From an uncultured Bdellovibrionales bacterium (GTDB lineage: Bacteria > Myxococcota > XYA12-FULL-58-9 > JASMKV01), in NCBI GenBank assembly GCA_964013445.1, contig CAXGWX010000001.1, forward strand, positions 5,055 to 69,054: a stretch of DNA of 64,000 bases. The letters are read 5' to 3'. Positions 60,038 to 64,000 of the stretch are shown here, piece after piece. The notes below the pieces were generated by a model. It ran no database searches. It saw nothing but the letters and a program-made list of their open reading frames with translations, and was not told the DNA's origin. The translations under genes were made by a program, and so were the position numbers. The number at the start of each line of letters is the position of its first letter. The first letter of the stretch is position 1.

Positions 60038-61336
60038 TTAAGCTGTTTCTTCCTTGTCTTCGCTTAGATCGGCGTTTTCAAGTAAAAAGTTAAGCGTTTT
60101 ATCTTCAATTATACGAAATTCAATATGTTGTCGATTTTCTGGCTTGTTGTAGTAGGTCTTGAGTTGCTCAGCATGTTCGCCCGCATTCGCAGCCATCTTA
60201 TCGATTTCAGCGCTCACCGCTTCTTCATCTGGCTCGATCTTTTCCTCTTCGGCAATGGCATCCAAAAGCATGCCAGCCTGCACCTGAAACCGCGCTTCAC
60301 CTTCATTCTCCTTGGTTAGGGACTCAAGCTCTGCAGCGGGCAATTCGAAGTCCGGTCCAAACATCTGCCGTGCACGCATGGTGGCGCTTTGGGTAAGCTC
60401 TGCGGCCCTGCTTTTAACCATGGACTCAGGAACTTCAAAGCTGTTGGCGGTAACCAAAGCTTCGAGTGTGCGGCGCTTCTTGGTGCTTTTTTGCTCCTCT
60501 TCATGGCGTTCCGCAATGCCTTCTTTGATCTTATCTTTCAAAGCATCAATATTTTCCTCGCCTAAATCCTTGGCGAAGTCATCATTGAGTTCAGGAAGCT
60601 CTTTTGTTTTAAGCTCCTTAAGGGAGACTTTAAAGGTAGCATCCTTGCCTGCTAGATTTTTAGCACCATATTCTTCTGGAAAAGTCAGGTGAATGGTTTG
60701 TGTGCTTGGTACTTTGCAGCCTCGTATTGTTGCTGAAAATTCCGGGAGATAATGATCTTTTCCGATTTCTATTAAGGCATTCTCGGCGCTGCCACCCTCA
60801 AATGCGATTCCGCCCATGGTGCCTTCATAATCCATGACCACCGTGTCCCCATCCTCCACAACATCTCGAATCATCAAGGGTACAAGCTGCGCACTTTGCT
60901 TTTGCAGATTTTCCAGTTCTTGATCAACGAGCTCCGCAGGATCTTTTGCCTTAGGCAGTGATATTTTTAATTTCTTATAGTTCTGCAGCTCTACTTTTGG
61001 GGGAATATCAAAATGGGCGGTATAGATGAACTCAGCCCCTTTTTCGAGTGCGCCTGGGTGCACATGGGGCATGGCAACAGGAGTTAGTTTTGTTTCCGCC
61101 AAGGCTTTAAAAAGTGTGCTATCGACAAGCTTTTCCCGCACCTCATGGGAGAGGCGTTGCCCAAAACGTTGCTCGATAACCTTTTGTGGTACCTTCCCGG
61201 TGCGAAAACCTGGAACGCTCGCTTTCTTAGTGAAGTCCCGATAGACGGCGCTAAATGCGTCTTCAACAGTTTCTACTGGCAGGGTGACTTTAATCTCGCG
61301 GTGATATGAGCTTTTCTCTTCAACTTGTACGTCCAT
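60038..61336 (-). CDS. tig: Trigger factor
   Basis: Position upstream of clpP-clpX-lon. About 430 aa, acidic, with a central PPIase-like domain. Start set at MDVQVEEK; the listed ORF starts 4 codons earlier at 61348. Confidence 0.8.
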   Translation of the reverse strand: MDVQVEEKSSYHREIKVTLPVETVEDAFSAVYRDFTKKASVPGFRTGKVPQKVIEQRFGQRLSHEVREKLVDSTLFKALAETKLTPVAMPHVHPGALEKGAEFIYTAHFDIPPKVELQNYKKLKISLPKAKDPAELVDQELENLQKQSAQLVPLMIRDVVEDGDTVVMDYEGTMGGIAFEGGSAENALIEIGKDHYLPEFSATIRGCKVPSTQTIHLTFPEEYGAKNLAGKDATFKVSLKELKTKELPELNDDFAKDLGEENIDALKDKIKEGIAERHEEEQKSTKKRRTLEALVTANSFEVPESMVKSRAAELTQSATMRARQMFGPDFELPAAELESLTKENEGEARFQVQAGMLLDAIAEEEKIEPDEEAVSAEIDKMAANAGEHAEQLKTYYNKPENRQHIEFRIIEDKTLNFLLENADLSEDKEETA

Positions 61337-61434
61337 GTTATTCCCCATTAATTATTAGGCAGACTATTCTTGCACGAGCAGCGGCTTTACCACTTGCGGT
61401 TGTTGGGGGTCAATCCTGATCTGGCTGAAAAGCG

Positions 61435-62073
61435 CTATTGGGGCGCATATTCAGGGGTAAGAACTCCCCCTGAAATGATCAATTTAAAAGCCTCATCGAC
61501 GGACATTTCAAGGGGTATGGCGTCTGCCTTTGGCACCAGAAGCAGCCAGCCACTGGTTGGATTGGGCGTGGTCGGGACGAATACGGAAATCATTTCCTGG
61601 TCGAGTTTTGTGGCTATTTCTCCTTTCGTATCGGCAGTGAGCAAAGCCAGCGTCCACAGCCCTTTGCGTGGATACTCAACCATAACAACCTGTCGAAAGG
61701 CGGAACCTCCGGAACTGGAAAAAGTATCAAGAAATTGGCGAACCGCAGAATAGACACTACGCACCACCGGAACCTGCATAAGGATGCGTTCAAACCAGGC
61801 GAGGAGCTGCTTACCAATGACAGTACCACCAACCAATCCGATGAGGTAGATAATGATAAGGGTGAAGAGCAGGCTTAAGCCCATGCTTAAGTATTTTACC
61901 GTGGCGGTATCGATGAGCGCACCCAGGCCAAAAGAGGAAATCACTTTATGGATGATTGGGGTTAATGCGGATGTGGTTTGAATGACAATAAATTTAACCA
62001 CCCAAAGCGTGATGGCAATAGGGAGAATTATCACCAGCCCGGTGATAAAGGTTCTTTTGGTGCGTTTTTTCAT
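61435..62073 (-). CDS. DUF502-family membrane protein
   Basis: 212 aa with an N-terminal hydrophobic pair and a conserved soluble domain pattern (VPTTPNPTSGWLL). Confidence 0.5.
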   Translation of the reverse strand: MKKRTKRTFITGLVIILPIAITLWVVKFIVIQTTSALTPIIHKVISSFGLGALIDTATVKYLSMGLSLLFTLIIIYLIGLVGGTVIGKQLLAWFERILMQVPVVRSVYSAVRQFLDTFSSSGGSAFRQVVMVEYPRKGLWTLALLTADTKGEIATKLDQEMISVFVPTTPNPTSGWLLLVPKADAIPLEMSVDEAFKLIISGGVLTPEYAPQ

Positions 62074-63842
62074 ACGGGTTCCGTTGGTCGTTTAGGAATC
62101 GCTTTTAGGGCGGCTTTGTTGTTTTTGCTATAGACTTTAAAGAACACATCTTCGCAATTATGTTTTTGCATAACGGATTTCTTCGTTTTGGTGATGCGCT
62201 CTTCAAACTTTTCATAGGTTAGATTCGCGATTGATTCACCGCATGCCCGGCGCATTGCAATAAATTCATGATAAAGTTTATTGAAGTTTTTATCCGTTGA
62301 GGTTTTACCGGTAGAGCCGCTGGACTCCGGATCAAAAGCGGGCATTTGATGGGTGCCCAGCGCTTTTCCTTGGTGTTCTAAGGGCAGGGCATTGTCTTTT
62401 TCTGTTTCAGCATTTTCGTCAACCTCTAACTCATTTTCAAAAACATCCGTGAGCCTTGAGCCTTCCTCTTTTGTGTTCTCTGGCTTAAAGGCGGGGAGCC
62501 CGTCGGCGAGGGTTTTACTGATTCTCGGGGTTTCAAGGCCGCTAAATTCCTGTTCCGAGAGTTCTGCGGGGGCCTGATTCGGATTGGTTTTAATGATTTC
62601 ATCGAGCTTCTTAATGGCTGTTACGCTTCCGGGCTTAGGCATTCTCTCTACGAGTTTATTGGCCAAGCGCCCCAGTCTGTTGAGTTCAGGATCGAGCTCG
62701 TGCACCGCCAAGTGTTTATCGTCCGGCATGCCCTGATGCACTCTGCCGAGAAAGTCTGATATATGTTCGATTCCCCAAAGTAATTTGGTTCCCGTATTGA
62801 GGATTAGACTGGATGCAACCAGCCAGAGCATAAGACCGAGTAGAATGATGGCCCATTGGTAGGCGATAATTTTCTTTACGATGTCACCACTATCGTCGTA
62901 GATGAATGCGCGCATATGTGGGTGCCCAGGTAGAGCGGCTTCGATAACAGATAAACCGAGTTTTTGTGTGTCGATGAATATGGGTGCAAGTTTTATCGAA
63001 GAAATGACCGGTAGCCCGGGGCGTTCGATATTAGAGGGGAGGTGGAGGGCTAAGTCTTTTGGCTTAAGTGCTTCCAGGGAGATCTTTTCCGGTAGCTCTC
63101 CAATAATGTTATCTCCCACCAACAGAAAAGAGTTTATATTGGTGATGGCTGGGGCATTTTTGAGTTGTTCATGCATAATGATGGCCGCAATGACTTTATT
63201 TCTTAACATGAGCTTTGTGGCACTGTGCCGATAGACATTTCCCAGCCAAGTCTGTGTGCGAATCTGAGGAGCTCCGTTCAGCGCTTTACCGACAAAGGCC
63301 CAGGGCTTTTTGTTTTCATCGCTTTCGCCTTCATTAAGTTTCGATAAGTTGATGGTGCCACTGCCGGCGGGTAAACTTTCGGTTTCGCTATAAAGGATCA
63401 CACCTGCGGGGGTTACGATGGTGAACTTTTCGATATTTGGGTGATTCTGTTTTACCCGGGTTAATCTTTCGCTCAGCAATCCACGCTGCTTCGTTAAACG
63501 TTTTTCAAGTCGTAACTTCTTGCGTGCACCGGCTTCGTCATAGCGCTTTTGGGAAATGATAACCCGCCCGATGTCCTGGATAAGATTTTGGTTGCCCGCG
63601 ATTGCCATTGTTTGTTGGATGAATTGACGTTCCTCTTCAAGGAGGTTGACGCGCAGACTTTCAGTTTGAGCTTTGAGGAGAGCCTGCTTGAGTTGTGGAT
63701 AATCCGCGCTGAGGGCGGATGTGCGTTGCAAAATTAAAACGATAACAGCCGCAAAAAATAAGGTGCATAGGAGCCATGCAATTTTGCGCTGTTTTCTCAT
63801 GATAGAAGTATCCCGCCAGTTTTTACGCCAAACTATGGGCAA
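62070..63842 (-). CDS. Hypothetical bitopic/multi-TM membrane protein with extracytoplasmic domain
   Basis: 590 aa. N-terminal TM (about residues 21-38) and a second TM at about 330-350. Conserved-looking C-terminal segment YHEFIAMRRACGE...FEERITKTKK. 4-nt overlap with the downstream DUF502 gene. Confidence 0.4.
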   Translation of the reverse strand: MPIVWRKNWRDTSIMRKQRKIAWLLCTLFFAAVIVLILQRTSALSADYPQLKQALLKAQTESLRVNLLEEERQFIQQTMAIAGNQNLIQDIGRVIISQKRYDEAGARKKLRLEKRLTKQRGLLSERLTRVKQNHPNIEKFTIVTPAGVILYSETESLPAGSGTINLSKLNEGESDENKKPWAFVGKALNGAPQIRTQTWLGNVYRHSATKLMLRNKVIAAIIMHEQLKNAPAITNINSFLLVGDNIIGELPEKISLEALKPKDLALHLPSNIERPGLPVISSIKLAPIFIDTQKLGLSVIEAALPGHPHMRAFIYDDSGDIVKKIIAYQWAIILLGLMLWLVASSLILNTGTKLLWGIEHISDFLGRVHQGMPDDKHLAVHELDPELNRLGRLANKLVERMPKPGSVTAIKKLDEIIKTNPNQAPAELSEQEFSGLETPRISKTLADGLPAFKPENTKEEGSRLTDVFENELEVDENAETEKDNALPLEHQGKALGTHQMPAFDPESSGSTGKTSTDKNFNKLYHEFIAMRRACGESIANLTYEKFEERITKTKKSVMQKHNCEDVFFKVYSKNNKAALKAIPKRPTEPV

Positions 63843-63888
63843 ATACTAAACCGTTTTATCTCAAGATAAAGTTTTTTGCCTAAAGTAC

Positions 63889-64000
63889 TTAAGTTTTTAG
63901 CTTTTCTACGTGAGTTTTGAGATAGGTGGTGAGTCTGTCCTGTGCTCCGTCCGGTATGCTGTGCTTGAGTACTTGATTGCATAATTCGGTTGTTTCTTCG
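63889..64000 (-). CDS. 3-prime end of an unidentified gene running in from beyond the window
   Basis: Open minus-strand frame ...EETTELCNQVLKHSIPDGAQDRLTTYLKTHVEKLKT-stop (stop at complement of 63889-63891). Too short to assign. Confidence 0.2.
   Translation of the reverse strand, partial: EETTELCNQVLKHSIPDGAQDRLTTYLKTHVEKLKT

Noticed and set aside
61349-61434. Possible tRNA or small RNA between tig and the DUF502 gene (tRNAs often precede tig)
   Set aside because: No cloverleaf-compatible sequence, T-loop GTTCGAATC-like motif, or CCA-proximal acceptor pairing could be found by eye. No tRNA-like sequence was seen anywhere in the window.

Overview
This 64 kb window spans the chromosomal replication-origin neighbourhood of a Gram-negative bacterium. 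The Gram-negative call rests on Lgt/LspA, a lipobox PPIase, a YidC with a large periplasmic domain, and a Wzm/Wzt ABC exporter. The lineage cannot be named from sequence alone. The unusual feature is that the conserved origin block is split. mnmE-mnmG-rsmG-parA-parB lie on the minus strand at 7.0-12.5 kb. recF-dnaN-dnaA (minus) and rpmH-rnpA-yidD-yidC-jag (plus) lie at 38.9-47 kb. Between the two halves sits a roughly 26 kb glycan-biosynthesis island (12.7-38.8 kb), partly low in GC by eye. It contains nucleotide-sugar dehydrogenases, epimerases, a DegT aminotransferase, rmlA/rmlB and a Wzm/Wzt ABC exporter. It also contains several GT2 enzymes and a CMP-sugar-acid cassette (cytidylyltransferase + HpcH pyruvate aldolase + 2-hydroxyacid dehydrogenase + epimerase + cyclase + HAD phosphatase). 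The most striking gene in the island encodes a roughly 1200-aa protein fusing an FkbM-type methyltransferase, a GT2 domain, and a C-terminal coiled coil built from 42-bp tandem DNA repeats. DnaA-box clusters and an AT-rich unwinding element flank dnaA. Two parS sites (TGTTTCACGTGAAACA) sit at the starts of rsmG and mnmG. The rest is housekeeping: a fused radical-SAM protein, an MMPL transporter, a membrane metallophosphoesterase, lspA, lgt, bactofilin, folB, recA, a cyclophilin PPIase, DUF1015, and tig-clpP-clpX-lon on the minus strand. No tRNA/rRNA genes, CRISPR arrays or mobile elements were recognised.
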